From: an uncultured Gemmatimonadales bacterium
Lineage (GTDB): Bacteria; Gemmatimonadota; Gemmatimonadetes; Gemmatimonadales; GWC2-71-9
Direction: 5' to 3'
DNA: 64,000 nt
Assembly: GCA_963730185.1 (NCBI GenBank)
Contig: CAVSQW010000001.1
Coordinates: 64,001-128,000 of the forward strand
Shown: positions 30,840 to 40,051 of the stretch, piece after piece
How positions within the stretch are numbered: the first letter of the stretch is position 1
How the letters are laid out: the number at the start of each line of letters is the position of its first letter
The notes under the pieces: model-generated
Database searches by the model: none
What the model saw: only the letters and a program-made list of their open reading frames with translations
What the model was told of the DNA's origin: nothing
Translations under genes and position numbers: made by a program

Positions 30840-30865
30840 GACAGGGGGCCGATGGAAAAGGTTGC
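30840..30865 (-). promoter_or_regulatory. Putative autoregulatory ECF promoter GCAAC-N17-TGTC
   Basis: Minus strand GCAACCTTTTCCATCGGCCCCCTGTC, about 45 nt upstream of the sigma start. Confidence 0.45.
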
Positions 30866-30947
30866 TCGGTAGTGCGCTAGGAAGCTACGATCGAGGCGTC
30901 GATTAGGGGCCTGGTCGGACGAAGGTTCTATAGGCTCTAGTCTGTTC

Positions 30948-30969
30948 AATAATGAATGATTCAGTTATT
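30948..30969. promoter_or_regulatory. AT-rich inverted repeat, TetR operator candidate
   Basis: AATAATGAAT-G-ATTCAGTTATT; the arms differ by one base; it ends 8 nt before the TetR start. Confidence 0.55.
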
Positions 30970-30977
30970 ATCAAGAT

Positions 30978-31715
30978 GTGAGACGCCGAGACCCAGCCCG
31001 CTTTGACATCCTCGTCGCCGCCGCAACTTCGGCCTTCGTCGAACGCGGATTCCAACGGGCTAAGATCCACCAGATCGCTGACTTAGCCTCGATGGGCCCA
31101 GGGACGGTATACCTCTACGCCAAAGACAAAGCCGCGCTCTTTGAGCTCGCCGTCCTCAGGGCCATGGAAAGTCCGGCGGTCGCCTATCCTGAGCTGCCCT
31201 ATCGAGCCCACTCCCCCGCCGCCGCCAGGAAGGCCGCTTACCGCCACGCCCTCGAGGCCACCGTCCACTTTCCCCAGCTCTGGGTGTCGCTCGGTCGCAG
31301 AGAGGTGTACGGAGTTGATGAGGAGTATCGTGGCATACTACTAGAAATATCAACCTGGATCATTCGCTACGGCAACGCGATCAGACTGGCCGAGTCCAAC
31401 CGGGTCGACTGGCCAGAAATCGCCCAGCTTTTTGACAACATTGTGTGGCTTGACGTTCACCGCCACCTCACTACCTACCTCACGACGCGAACGCACACGG
31501 GTCACCTCAGGTCGGTCGGCGAGCCTGCGGCGGTGGCTGGATTCGTCCTCGAAGCGCTGGTGGGGGGCTTGGCGGTCAGGACTGCGGCGCAGGGATCGGG
31601 CGGGCTCGCCGACCTCGGGGGCGGCGGCTCGGCGGCACTTGCCGCCGAGCTCCTGGCGCTCCCCCTGGGCGCCTCAGGGGATGGGCCGCCAGGCCTGCCC
31701 GATACCGGCCATTAG
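30978..31715 (+). CDS. TetR/AcrR family transcriptional regulator
   Basis: N-terminal HTH FVERGFQRAKIHQIADLASMGPGTVYLYAKDKAALF. Codon usage is more AT-rich than its neighbours. Confidence 0.8.
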   Translation: MRRRDPARFDILVAAATSAFVERGFQRAKIHQIADLASMGPGTVYLYAKDKAALFELAVLRAMESPAVAYPELPYRAHSPAAARKAAYRHALEATVHFPQLWVSLGRREVYGVDEEYRGILLEISTWIIRYGNAIRLAESNRVDWPEIAQLFDNIVWLDVHRHLTTYLTTRTHTGHLRSVGEPAAVAGFVLEALVGGLAVRTAAQGSGGLADLGGGGSAALAAELLALPLGASGDGPPGLPDTGH

Positions 31716-33233
31716 TCCCCCCAACAGTTCGATCCCGTCCCAGAGGTTCCGGAGCCGCAGGTTCTCGTCCTCGCCGTGCTGGTTGTTGTCGTGGTTGACG
31801 ATCGGCACGATGGCGAAAGGGGTGCCGAGCACCTGGACGAATTGATACAGCGGCAGGCTGCCGCCCAGGGTTGGGATCCGGATCAGGGGGTGGCCGACCG
31901 CGGCGTCGGCGGCTCGGAGAAGCGCCTGGGTGGCCGGCGCGTCGAGTGACGTCCGCGCAGCCGGATATCCGCCGCTCCAATTCAATCGGACGATGCGCGG
32001 GTGGGTTCGGCGGGTGGCCGAGTCGGGGTCGGCGTACACGATGTGGAAGCCCTGGGCCCGGATGTGGGCCTCGATCAGCTGGCGGACCCGCTCCGGGGTC
32101 TGGTGCGGTACCAGGCGGAGGTCGAGGAAGGCGTGGGCCTCTGGCACGATGACGTTGGCCGAACCTCTCCCGGTTCGTCCGCCTTCGAGCCCGCTCACGT
32201 TGAGGGCCGGCAGGGCGATCTGTTCCAGGAGGCTCGCCGGGCTTCCCTCGGTCCGCCCCAGCTGAAGTTCGCCCTTCAGCTGCTCCTCGACCGGCGGCGA
32301 CGCGCGGAAGGCCGCTCGATCGCGATCGGTGAGCGAGTCAACGTCGCCGTAATAGCCGGCGATCGTGATCCGTCCGTCCCCGTCGCGCATCGAGGCCAGG
32401 AGGTGGATCAGGGCCACGTCGGGATTGGGCGCCCAATTCCCGTAGTGGCCGCTGTGGAGGGGGCGGAGCGGTCCGTAGGTGGTGAGGTTGACGCCCATGT
32501 CGCCGCGGACCCCGAAGACCACCTGGAGGGCCCGCGACTGGTGCACCGGCCCATCGCAAAAGATCCAGAGGTCGGCACCGAGCACGTCCCGATGACGGGT
32601 GAGCATCTCGCGGAGGTGGGTGGAGCCCGCCTCCTCTTCGCCTTCGAAGAAGAACTTGAGGTTCACTGACGGCCCGGTCCCCGCCTGACGGAGGGCGTCG
32701 AGCGCCCAGAGCATCGCGATGATGGGCGATTTGTCGTCGCTGGCGGAGCGGGCGTAGAGGCGGCTTTCGGGGTCGTAGTGCCCGGTGGGGCTCACCAGGG
32801 GGATCTCCGGCGCCCCGTCGGCCAGCGAGCCGGAGCGGAGGACCGGCTTCCAAGGCGGCGTGGCCCACTTGCCCGAGTCGACCGGCTGGCCGTCGTAATG
32901 CGAGTAGAAGACGACGGTCTTCGTCGCGCCGGGTGTCTTGAGCTCACCGAAGACGGCCGGCGGCGACCCGGGACTCTCGAGGAGCCGGGTGGTGATGCCC
33001 CGCTGGCGGAGCATGGCCATCAGGCGGTCGGCGTTCTTCCGGATCGCGGCGTCGTCCGAGGCGACGTTGGGGAGCGCCAGCCACTCGGCTAGTTCCCGGA
33101 CGATCGCGGTCTCGTGCGACTCTCGGAAGGTGCGGATCGCCTCCCGGAGCTGGTCGGGGCTCTGGGCGGCCAGGGTCGCCGGCACGGTGGCCAGCGCGAC
33201 GGCCACGCGGGAAGCGAGAAACGGGTGCCTCAT
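31674..33233 (-). CDS. M20/M25/M40 family metallo-hydrolase, exported
   Basis: YSHYDGQP, ARSASDDK, FEGEEEAGS, LHSGHYG and NQHGEDEN motifs; signal peptide. Confidence 0.9.
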   Translation of the reverse strand: MRHPFLASRVAVALATVPATLAAQSPDQLREAIRTFRESHETAIVRELAEWLALPNVASDDAAIRKNADRLMAMLRQRGITTRLLESPGSPPAVFGELKTPGATKTVVFYSHYDGQPVDSGKWATPPWKPVLRSGSLADGAPEIPLVSPTGHYDPESRLYARSASDDKSPIIAMLWALDALRQAGTGPSVNLKFFFEGEEEAGSTHLREMLTRHRDVLGADLWIFCDGPVHQSRALQVVFGVRGDMGVNLTTYGPLRPLHSGHYGNWAPNPDVALIHLLASMRDGDGRITIAGYYGDVDSLTDRDRAAFRASPPVEEQLKGELQLGRTEGSPASLLEQIALPALNVSGLEGGRTGRGSANVIVPEAHAFLDLRLVPHQTPERVRQLIEAHIRAQGFHIVYADPDSATRRTHPRIVRLNWSGGYPAARTSLDAPATQALLRAADAAVGHPLIRIPTLGGSLPLYQFVQVLGTPFAIVPIVNHDNNQHGEDENLRLRNLWDGIELLGGLMAGIGQAWRPIP

Positions 33234-33248
33234 CGGGGAACTCTCGGG

Positions 33249-34064
33249 TCAGGGCGATGGGGACGGAGCGCCGGACCGGGTCATCCGGTCGACCAGCTCC
33301 TTCAGGAGCTTGGCCGCGACCAGCCCCGAGCGGGGGGAGCCGTCGCGGCGCGGATTGAGCTCCACCAGGTCCGCGCCGACCACGGTCGCGTCGAGGCGCT
33401 GGATCACGGTGATGACGTCGCGGACGGAGAGTCCACCGGGCTCGGGGTGGCCGATTCCCTCGATGAACGCTGGATCGAGCACGTCGAGATCGAGCGAGAT
33501 GTAGACCGGCGCGTCAAACTGGAGCGTCGGCGGGCCGGTCCAGTCTTTCGCCTCGTGAGTCTCCACCCCGAAACGAAGGGCCTGTTCCCGCTGGTGGCCG
33601 GTGAAGGTCCGGATCCCGACCTGCACCAGGCGGTCGGCCAGGCCTTCTTCGAGGATCCGGGCCATCGGGCAAGCGTGGGAATACCGGTCGCCGTCCAGCG
33701 TGTCGTAGAGGTCGGGGTGGGCGTCGAAATGGAGCACCGCGAGCCGCGGGTAGTGAGGGCGGAACGCGCGGAGGATCGGGTAGGTGATCGAGTGATCGCC
33801 CCCCAGGGTGAGCGGTCGCCGTCCGGCGGCCAGCAGGCCCCCGATCGCGGCTTCGATCGCCGCGCGCCCGTCGGCGCCGTCAGGCGGGGTCAGGTCGCCC
33901 GCATCGGCTAGCACGCCGGGGCTGGCGACATCGAGGCCCAGCTCGGTCCAGCTGTTGGACGAGCTCCGTCGAAGGGCCTCGCGGATCGCGGGCGGGCCCA
34001 GGGCGGCGCCACGCTCGTACGACGAGGCGCCGTCGTAGCAGATCCCGAGGAGGGTCACGGTCAT
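33249..34064 (-). CDS. speB: Agmatinase / arginase family ureohydrolase
   Basis: LGGDHSIT, HFDAHPD, SHAC, SLDLDVLDP, PEPGG and DLVELNP motifs. Confidence 0.85.
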   Translation of the reverse strand: MTVTLLGICYDGASSYERGAALGPPAIREALRRSSSNSWTELGLDVASPGVLADAGDLTPPDGADGRAAIEAAIGGLLAAGRRPLTLGGDHSITYPILRAFRPHYPRLAVLHFDAHPDLYDTLDGDRYSHACPMARILEEGLADRLVQVGIRTFTGHQREQALRFGVETHEAKDWTGPPTLQFDAPVYISLDLDVLDPAFIEGIGHPEPGGLSVRDVITVIQRLDATVVGADLVELNPRRDGSPRSGLVAAKLLKELVDRMTRSGAPSPSP

Positions 34065-34154
34065 GTGGTCTTGCCGGCCCGCTGGGCTTGAGGATTCCGG
34101 ATTCTCGACGGTCTGCTATGATAGGCGGTCAGGACAGTCAGGCAAGGAGAGACG

Positions 34155-34654
34155 ATGGCGAGACGATGGACCGCGGTGATGGTGGGGGCGCTCACTCTCG
34201 GGGTCGTGCCCGGCGCGCAGGCCCAGGTTCGGAGCCTCTACGAGCGGTTGGGGCGACGGTCCGGGATCGAGGTCGTGGTCCGGGACTTCACCGACCGGGC
34301 CCTCGCCGACGACCGGATTAACGCGAAGTTCGCCCGGAGCGACATGGGTCACTTCTTCGGGGTGCTGGTGCAGCAGCTGTGCGCCGCGACGGGTGGCCCG
34401 TGCAAATACACCGGCCGGGACATGAAGGATGCGCACGAAGGCATGGCGGTGACCGACGGCGAGTTCGACGCTATGCTCGAGGACTTTGGCGCGAGCATGG
34501 ATCAGTTCCAGGTAGGCCCCGCCGAGCGGCAGGAGATGATGCAGCTGCTCGGCGCGATGCGGTCGGACGTGGTGGAGGTGAAGACCGGCGACACCGGGAC
34601 ACCGCTCCCAGCCGGGTTCAAGCCCTGGACGCCGCCTCCCCCCCCCCGAAATGA
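34155..34654 (+). CDS. Group I truncated haemoglobin with a signal peptide; true end probably 34654 (C10 homopolymer error)
   Basis: SLYERLG...VVRDF...ADDRIN..F, CAATGGPCKYTGRDMKDAHEGM (proximal His) and EFDA. Removing one C from 34638-34647 gives PPPPPK-stop and removes a 170-bp overlap with the convergent gene. Confidence 0.85.
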
Positions 34655-34663
34655 GTGCCGCCC

Positions 34664-35395
34664 TCAGGAGCCCTTGGGAACCCACCCCGGCCGGTGCCAG
34701 GGCGGGACCGCGAACAGCGCGTCGTCGATGCCGGGAGGGTCCGCTCGCATGTCGCGGTACACTTCACGCATCACTTCCTTGCCGCCCCGGATGAACACCA
34801 CCTCCGGGGACACCCAACCGCCGCCCAGCCGCTGATACTTGTTGAAGCGGATGTCGCTCGACGGGCCGCCGGCGGGCGGGGTCTCGATCACCCGGACGAA
34901 CAACAGCCGGTCGCGGTCGATCCAGAACTCGTTGCCGTCACCGCCCACCACCCAGGCCGGTCGACCCTCCCAGCTCTCGGTCCGAAGCCGGGAAAGATCC
35001 ATGTGCTGCGCCTGGAGGATCTCGATGGTTCGCTCCGGCGGTTGACCGTACACGTCGAAGCCTAGGACGAGCAGGATGTTGGTGCCCGGCCCGGCCGACG
35101 TCACCTTGCCCTTCTCGAATCGAAACACCGAGTCGGCGCGATAGACGAACGTCGTGCCGCTATCGACCGGGCTCACGTCGATCCGGAGCTGGCCCGGGAT
35201 CTTCATCGCCTCCCACCACTCGGTCTGGGGAGAGCCCGGCCGGACCACCTTCTGCACGAACGACAGGGTGTGATACCAGGTGTCGGCGTACTTCGCGTGC
35301 ATCGCCCGCACGAGATCCTCGCCATTCCGAATCGAATCGGCGTGGTGGGGCGCGGGCCCGAAGGCGGTCAGCAGGGCGAGGGGCAGGGCGAGCAT
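34664..35395 (-). CDS. Exported hypothetical protein (possibly LolA-like beta fold)
   Basis: Signal peptide; aromatic-rich beta pattern (WYHTLSFVQ, PGQLRID, FWID). Confidence 0.6.
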   Translation of the reverse strand: MLALPLALLTAFGPAPHHADSIRNGEDLVRAMHAKYADTWYHTLSFVQKVVRPGSPQTEWWEAMKIPGQLRIDVSPVDSGTTFVYRADSVFRFEKGKVTSAGPGTNILLVLGFDVYGQPPERTIEILQAQHMDLSRLRTESWEGRPAWVVGGDGNEFWIDRDRLLFVRVIETPPAGGPSSDIRFNKYQRLGGGWVSPEVVFIRGGKEVMREVYRDMRADPPGIDDALFAVPPWHRPGWVPKGS

Positions 35396-35468
35396 CGGTC
35401 ATCCGGGCTGGGTGGACTGGGAATGTATCCGCGCTAGCTTTCCAGTCGAGCCCCGTTTCGGGAGTGAC

Positions 35469-35843
35469 ATGCCCCCACCATCCGACCGTTCCCGCGCCAT
35501 CGCCCTCGTCTTGGGCCTCGTCCTCGGCGTCTTTGGCGCCCACCGCTTCTACGTCGGCAAGACCGGCACCGGGCTCCTGATGCTGCTCACCGGCGGCGGG
35601 CTTGGGATCTGGTACCTGGTCGACATGATCATGATCGCATCGGGTGGATTCCGCGATGCCGAAGGGCGCCTGGTGAGCCGGTGGGATCCCGAACAGGCCG
35701 AGCTCGGCGCCGGGGCGCTCCCGCAGGAGCTCGTGGAGGAGCTCTACCAACTCCGCTCCGAGGTGAACGAGCTTCAGGAGCGGGTTGACTTCACCGAGCG
35801 GCTCCTCGCCCGGCGGACCGACTCCGGCGAAACCGAAAGCTGA
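35469..35843 (+). CDS. TM2 domain membrane protein with a C-terminal coiled coil
   Basis: LGVFGAHRFYVGKTGTG..MLLTGGGLGIWYLVD; GGAG RBS before ATG 35469. Confidence 0.88.
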   Translation: MPPPSDRSRAIALVLGLVLGVFGAHRFYVGKTGTGLLMLLTGGGLGIWYLVDMIMIASGGFRDAEGRLVSRWDPEQAELGAGALPQELVEELYQLRSEVNELQERVDFTERLLARRTDSGETES

Positions 35844-35852
35844 TCTTCCCGG

Positions 35853-36644
35853 TCAATCGAGCTGGATCGTGTCGCCGACGTGGAGGGTTCCCGGCTGTCG
35901 GTGGACGACGTTCATCCCAAACATCACGGCCGACCCCCGCTTTCTGAAGGTGGCGAGCGTGGAAAGTGGCTCTTTTCCGCGGTCCGAAGTGGCCTGGTCG
36001 ACGGTCGGCACCGTGCATCGGGCACACGGCTTCACGGCCTCGAGCCGCACTCCGCCGATCCGAAATCGGCGCCACCCGTCTTCGGCGAACGGCTCGGCAC
36101 CCCGGACGACGAGGTTGGGTCGAAACCGATCCATCGGGACCGGCTGAGCCAGGCGGCGGTTGAGGTCCTCGAGCGAGGCTTCGCCGATCAGAAGCATCGG
36201 ATAGCCATCCGGGAAGGCGACGCTCGACCTGGCAGGGTCGTAGTCGGGGTCGGTGCGGCGGGCGGCGGTTTCGGGCAGGTGGACCAGGCGGCAGTCTCGA
36301 TCCAGCCAGGCCGAGCACCAGCGGGCGGCCGCGTCGCCGCAGTCGAAGGCGCCGACGCGATCATCCCAGATCCGCACCATCCTGCGAGAACCGGTCGGGG
36401 CGATGGGGGGTACGTCGCAGGGCGGGCGGTCCGGGCCCTCCAGCCGAAGCCCGCCCTGGTGCGGGCTCGCGGAGATGAGGCAGAGTCGAGGGGCCTCCCG
36501 CTGGGTCAGAAAGGTGCCGTCGGGCTCGACCACCATCCACCGCCGGTCGAGTTGCGGTCCGAACCGGTCGAGCTCGACGGCGTCCCTCGCGATGCCTCGG
36601 GCTCCCTTGAGCGGGTAGACGACGAGCGCGCTGACCACGATCAT
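35853..36644 (-). CDS. MOSC domain protein (YcbX/mARC-like)
   Basis: VYPLKGARG, DRRWMVV, FPDGYP, RFRPNLVV and KPCARC motifs; GGAGG RBS. Confidence 0.92.
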   Translation of the reverse strand: MIVVSALVVYPLKGARGIARDAVELDRFGPQLDRRWMVVEPDGTFLTQREAPRLCLISASPHQGGLRLEGPDRPPCDVPPIAPTGSRRMVRIWDDRVGAFDCGDAAARWCSAWLDRDCRLVHLPETAARRTDPDYDPARSSVAFPDGYPMLLIGEASLEDLNRRLAQPVPMDRFRPNLVVRGAEPFAEDGWRRFRIGGVRLEAVKPCARCTVPTVDQATSDRGKEPLSTLATFRKRGSAVMFGMNVVHRQPGTLHVGDTIQLD

Positions 36645-36775
36645 TGAGGCGGTTCTCCTCCGACGTCGAAACCGGCGCCGAGCCGGGGCCGTCCGGCGGG
36701 CGGGGGGGACGACCACCTCAAGGGTAGTCGATCCCGCGGGTCGACCCAATTTCACCGACTCACGAAGAGGTTTCC

Positions 36776-37246
36776 ATGCGAGCGTGGACGATTCCCTGCC
36801 TGGCGGCTCTCCTGGCGGCGACCACCGCGCCAGGGCTCCAGGCCCAGAGCGACAAGGAAGCGGCTCTGGCCGTGGTGAAACAGGTCTTCGACGGCATGCG
36901 GGCTCGGGACACGGTCCTGATGCGCTCTCTCTTCGCGCCGGGTGGCCGGCTGATCGCGATCGGGAGCCGCGACGGCAGCCCGCCGACGATGCAGGCGCTG
37001 GATCCTGGGGTGTGGTTGGCCGGGGTGGCCCGCGGGACCGGTCCGGGCCCCGACGAGCGGACCTTCGACCCGATCATCCAGATCGACGACAACATCGCCC
37101 AGGTGTGGACCTACTACGAGCTCTGGGTGGGTAGCCGCCTCAACCACTGTGGCTATGACGCGTTCTTCCTGGTCAAGCTCGGCAACGAGTGGAAGATCGG
37201 CCAGGTGGCCGATACCCGACGGACCGCCTGTACGCCCCGGTCCTGA
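36776..37246 (+). CDS. Exported NTF2/SnoaL-like protein
   Basis: Signal peptide; IAQVWTYY...HCGYDAFFLVK...WKI. Confidence 0.75.
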   Translation: MRAWTIPCLAALLAATTAPGLQAQSDKEAALAVVKQVFDGMRARDTVLMRSLFAPGGRLIAIGSRDGSPPTMQALDPGVWLAGVARGTGPGPDERTFDPIIQIDDNIAQVWTYYELWVGSRLNHCGYDAFFLVKLGNEWKIGQVADTRRTACTPRS

Positions 37247-37265
37247 CCCGGCCGGCGCCGGGGGG

Positions 37266-37979
37266 TCACGGCTCTCCGGCGCCCACCATCCGGTCCAGGA
37301 TCATGATCTTCTGCCAGATCTTGCGGGAGAGGTCGGTGGTGAGCGACTCCACGTCGTTCACCGTCGCGATGGTCACCGGGTCGTCGAAATCCTGGATGTA
37401 AAGCGCGGCCGCCTTGCTCAGGAGCGACAGCATCTCGCTGGAATAGTCGAGGTAGCGGGAGAGCTCGAAGGGCGAGAGCTGCCGGGTCGGTGACGATGGT
37501 GTGTCGAGGGATGGATTGGGCCGGGTCAGGCGCTCCGGATCCTTGGTGAGCTGGTGCATGTCGATGATGTGCGCCATGGCCCGGAGGTCGTGCATGGCCA
37601 CCAGGGCCCGCCGCCGCTTGCGCCGCACTTCCAACGAGAGCAGGAAGTAGATCCCGATTCCCAGGAACACGAGATCCTGGATCGCCGACTCGCTGGCCTG
37701 GAGCCATTCGGTCAGCGAAGCCTCGGCGGGCCGGGGCACGACCGTGACCAGGGCGCCGATCACCACCACGAGCAGCAGGACGATCAACCCGACGATCGCC
37801 ACCCGGACGGCGCGGTGCGGCCGCCGGAACCACTCCGCGTCCCGGGCGGCCTGCTCGGTCAGCCCCACCAGCTCGCGCGCCACCCGGTTCAGTCCCGATT
37901 CGGGAAAGCGCTCCCCGATCCGCCGGGTCAGTTGTTCGGCGGTCGCGACGATCCGGGCGGCGTCGAGGCGGCGATACAT
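37266..37979 (-). CDS. Conserved hypothetical membrane protein (2 TM)
   Basis: Typical codon usage; RI.ERFPESGL, HIIDMHQLTKDP and YLDYSSEMLSL segments. Confidence 0.7.
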   Translation of the reverse strand: MYRRLDAARIVATAEQLTRRIGERFPESGLNRVARELVGLTEQAARDAEWFRRPHRAVRVAIVGLIVLLLVVVIGALVTVVPRPAEASLTEWLQASESAIQDLVFLGIGIYFLLSLEVRRKRRRALVAMHDLRAMAHIIDMHQLTKDPERLTRPNPSLDTPSSPTRQLSPFELSRYLDYSSEMLSLLSKAAALYIQDFDDPVTIATVNDVESLTTDLSRKIWQKIMILDRMVGAGEP

Positions 37980-38065
37980 GGCACCAATCTAGCCGCCGAC
38001 TCGCTCGGCGCGCTTCCAGGCCTGCCGAACGGCCGCGAGGACGAGTCCCATCTGGAGCCGCTGCC

Positions 38066-38779
38066 TCACGGAACGACCACGATCACCCCATACATCCCGC
38101 TCCGCGCGTCGCCATGCACGCTGCAGTGGTAGAAATACTGTCCGGGGGTCGTGAACTGGACCTCGAACGAGAAGGGGCCGTTCCGCACTACCGCCTGCTC
38201 GGGGATGGTCCGCCCGTCGTCGGGGATCACGTTGTGCTGCTGGGCGCCGTTCGGATAGTCGAAGGTCACGGTGCCGCCCGCCTTGAGGGCGACGGCCTGC
38301 GGTGTGAACCGGTTGCTCGGCGGTCCTTCGATCGAGACGGTTGCGTTGTCCTGGGCCACCAGCGCGGTGAACGTAATGGGGCTGTTGGTCGCGCTGGCCG
38401 ACGCCGTGATGGTGATCTGAGCGCCGCTCTGGGGCAGGATGACAGTGGTGCTGGCGACCCCGTTGGCGTCGGTCGTGGCGGCCGACGGGCTGACTTGACC
38501 GCCGCCGCTGGTTATCTCCCAGCTGACGGCCTTGCCGGAAATCGGTGTCGCCCCATTGGTCACGACGACCCGGAGCGGGTCGGCCAACGGCTGCCCCGGC
38601 TGGGCGCCCTGGAGGTCACCGCTCGGCGCCGCGGCCGCGATGGCGTCGGTCGGAGGATTCCCGCCACCCCCGGTCTCCCCGGTGGCGGAGCCGCCCCCGC
38701 AGCCAAAGGTGACCATGATCGCCAGCCCGATCAGCAGGCGCCCGGGTGTTGCCAAACGGGTCGATCCTTGGTAGCTCAT
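38066..38779 (-). CDS. Lipoprotein with an Ig-like domain and a C-terminal cupredoxin (plastocyanin/azurin-type) domain
   Basis: GGAGG RBS; lipobox TFGC; Big-1-like TTDANGVAS; type-1 Cu ligands HNV and C-x-x-H...M (YHCSVHGDARSGM). Confidence 0.82.
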   Translation of the reverse strand: MSYQGSTRLATPGRLLIGLAIMVTFGCGGGSATGETGGGGNPPTDAIAAAAPSGDLQGAQPGQPLADPLRVVVTNGATPISGKAVSWEITSGGGQVSPSAATTDANGVASTTVILPQSGAQITITASASATNSPITFTALVAQDNATVSIEGPPSNRFTPQAVALKAGGTVTFDYPNGAQQHNVIPDDGRTIPEQAVVRNGPFSFEVQFTTPGQYFYHCSVHGDARSGMYGVIVVVP

Positions 38780-38975
38780 ACGGCCTCCCGGCACGGTCCG
38801 AACGGGTGGATCGGTCCTGTCATGGGGTCTGGTCAACGGACGTAACCATCGCCATGGCAAAGGCTTATATTCTGGTTCGCGGGCGGTGGCGCGGGTCGCC
38901 CCTGCCGCGCTGCCTGCGAAAAAGGAGCCGGGCCCGGTGTTCACGGAAACCTCACCTACTCGAGTAGCCTGACCC

Positions 38976-40040
38976 ATGGAACGCGACTCCACCGATTTCC
39001 TGAAAGCCTTGCTCGACGCACCGGGACCGTCCGGTTTCGAGACCGGCCCCGCTCGGGTCTGGCTCGAGCAGGCTGGGCGCTTCGCCGATCGGGTCTCGAG
39101 CGACGTGAGCGGGAACTCGTTTGCGACGTTGGACGGCAAGGGGCCGGCCTTGATGTTTGCCGGCCACATCGACGAGATCGGGTTGATGGTGATCCACGTG
39201 GACGAGGAGGGATTCCTCTGGTTCGACGGGATCGGTGGGTGGGACGAGCAGGTGTTCGTGGGCCAGCGGGTGGTCGTGCTCGGGCGGGACGGTCCGGTTC
39301 GGGGGGTGATCGGCAAGAAGGCGATCCACCTGATGGAGAAGGAGGATCGCGACAAGCCGACGAAGGTCAAGGATCTCTGGATCGACATTGGAGCGCGATC
39401 GCGGGCCGAGGCGTTGGAGCGGGTTCGGGTCGGGGACGCCGGGGTGCTCGACACCTCGATCCTGGAGCTTCCGAACGGCTGTATCGTGAGCCGAAGCGTG
39501 GACAACCGGATCGGCGCCTTCGTGGTGCTCGAGGCGCTCCGGCGGTTGGCCAAGCAACGAGCGACGGTCCCGGTGACGGCGGTGGCCACCGCCCAGGAGG
39601 AGATCGCGTACGCGGGAGGCGGAGCCCGTACGTCGGCCATCGGCCTGGCGCCCGCGGTGGCCCTGGTCGTCGACGTCACCCACGCGAGCGACACCCCAGG
39701 TCACGACAAGAAACGCCACGGCGACGTCAAGCTCGGCGCCGGTCCGGTGCTGAGTCGCGGGTCCGCGACCAACGCCCGGGTGGTGGAGCTCCTGATCGAG
39801 ACGGCCGAGGCCGAGGGGATTCCGGTCACCCTGCATGCGGCGCCCCGATTGACCGCCACCGACGCCGACGCGATCTTCGCGTCGACTCGGGGGATCGCCA
39901 CCGGTCTGGTTTCGGTGCCCAACCGGTACATGCACAGCCCGAACGAGATGGTGGCCCTCGACGACCTCGACCGTACCGCCGAGCTCCTGGCGGCGTTCGC
40001 GCGTCGGGTGGACGAACGGACCGACTTCATTCCTCGGTGA
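38976..40040 (+). CDS. M42 family metallopeptidase (TET/endoglucanase-like aminopeptidase)
   Basis: GHIDEIG, DNRIG, QEEI, VDVTHASD and RYMHSP motifs. Confidence 0.92.
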   Translation: MERDSTDFLKALLDAPGPSGFETGPARVWLEQAGRFADRVSSDVSGNSFATLDGKGPALMFAGHIDEIGLMVIHVDEEGFLWFDGIGGWDEQVFVGQRVVVLGRDGPVRGVIGKKAIHLMEKEDRDKPTKVKDLWIDIGARSRAEALERVRVGDAGVLDTSILELPNGCIVSRSVDNRIGAFVVLEALRRLAKQRATVPVTAVATAQEEIAYAGGGARTSAIGLAPAVALVVDVTHASDTPGHDKKRHGDVKLGAGPVLSRGSATNARVVELLIETAEAEGIPVTLHAAPRLTATDADAIFASTRGIATGLVSVPNRYMHSPNEMVALDDLDRTAELLAAFARRVDERTDFIPR

Positions 40041-40051
40041 CGAGCGTATCC

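Noticed and set aside
34655..34835. C-terminal extension of the truncated haemoglobin
   Set aside because: Arises from the probable C10 miscount and overlaps the convergent gene.
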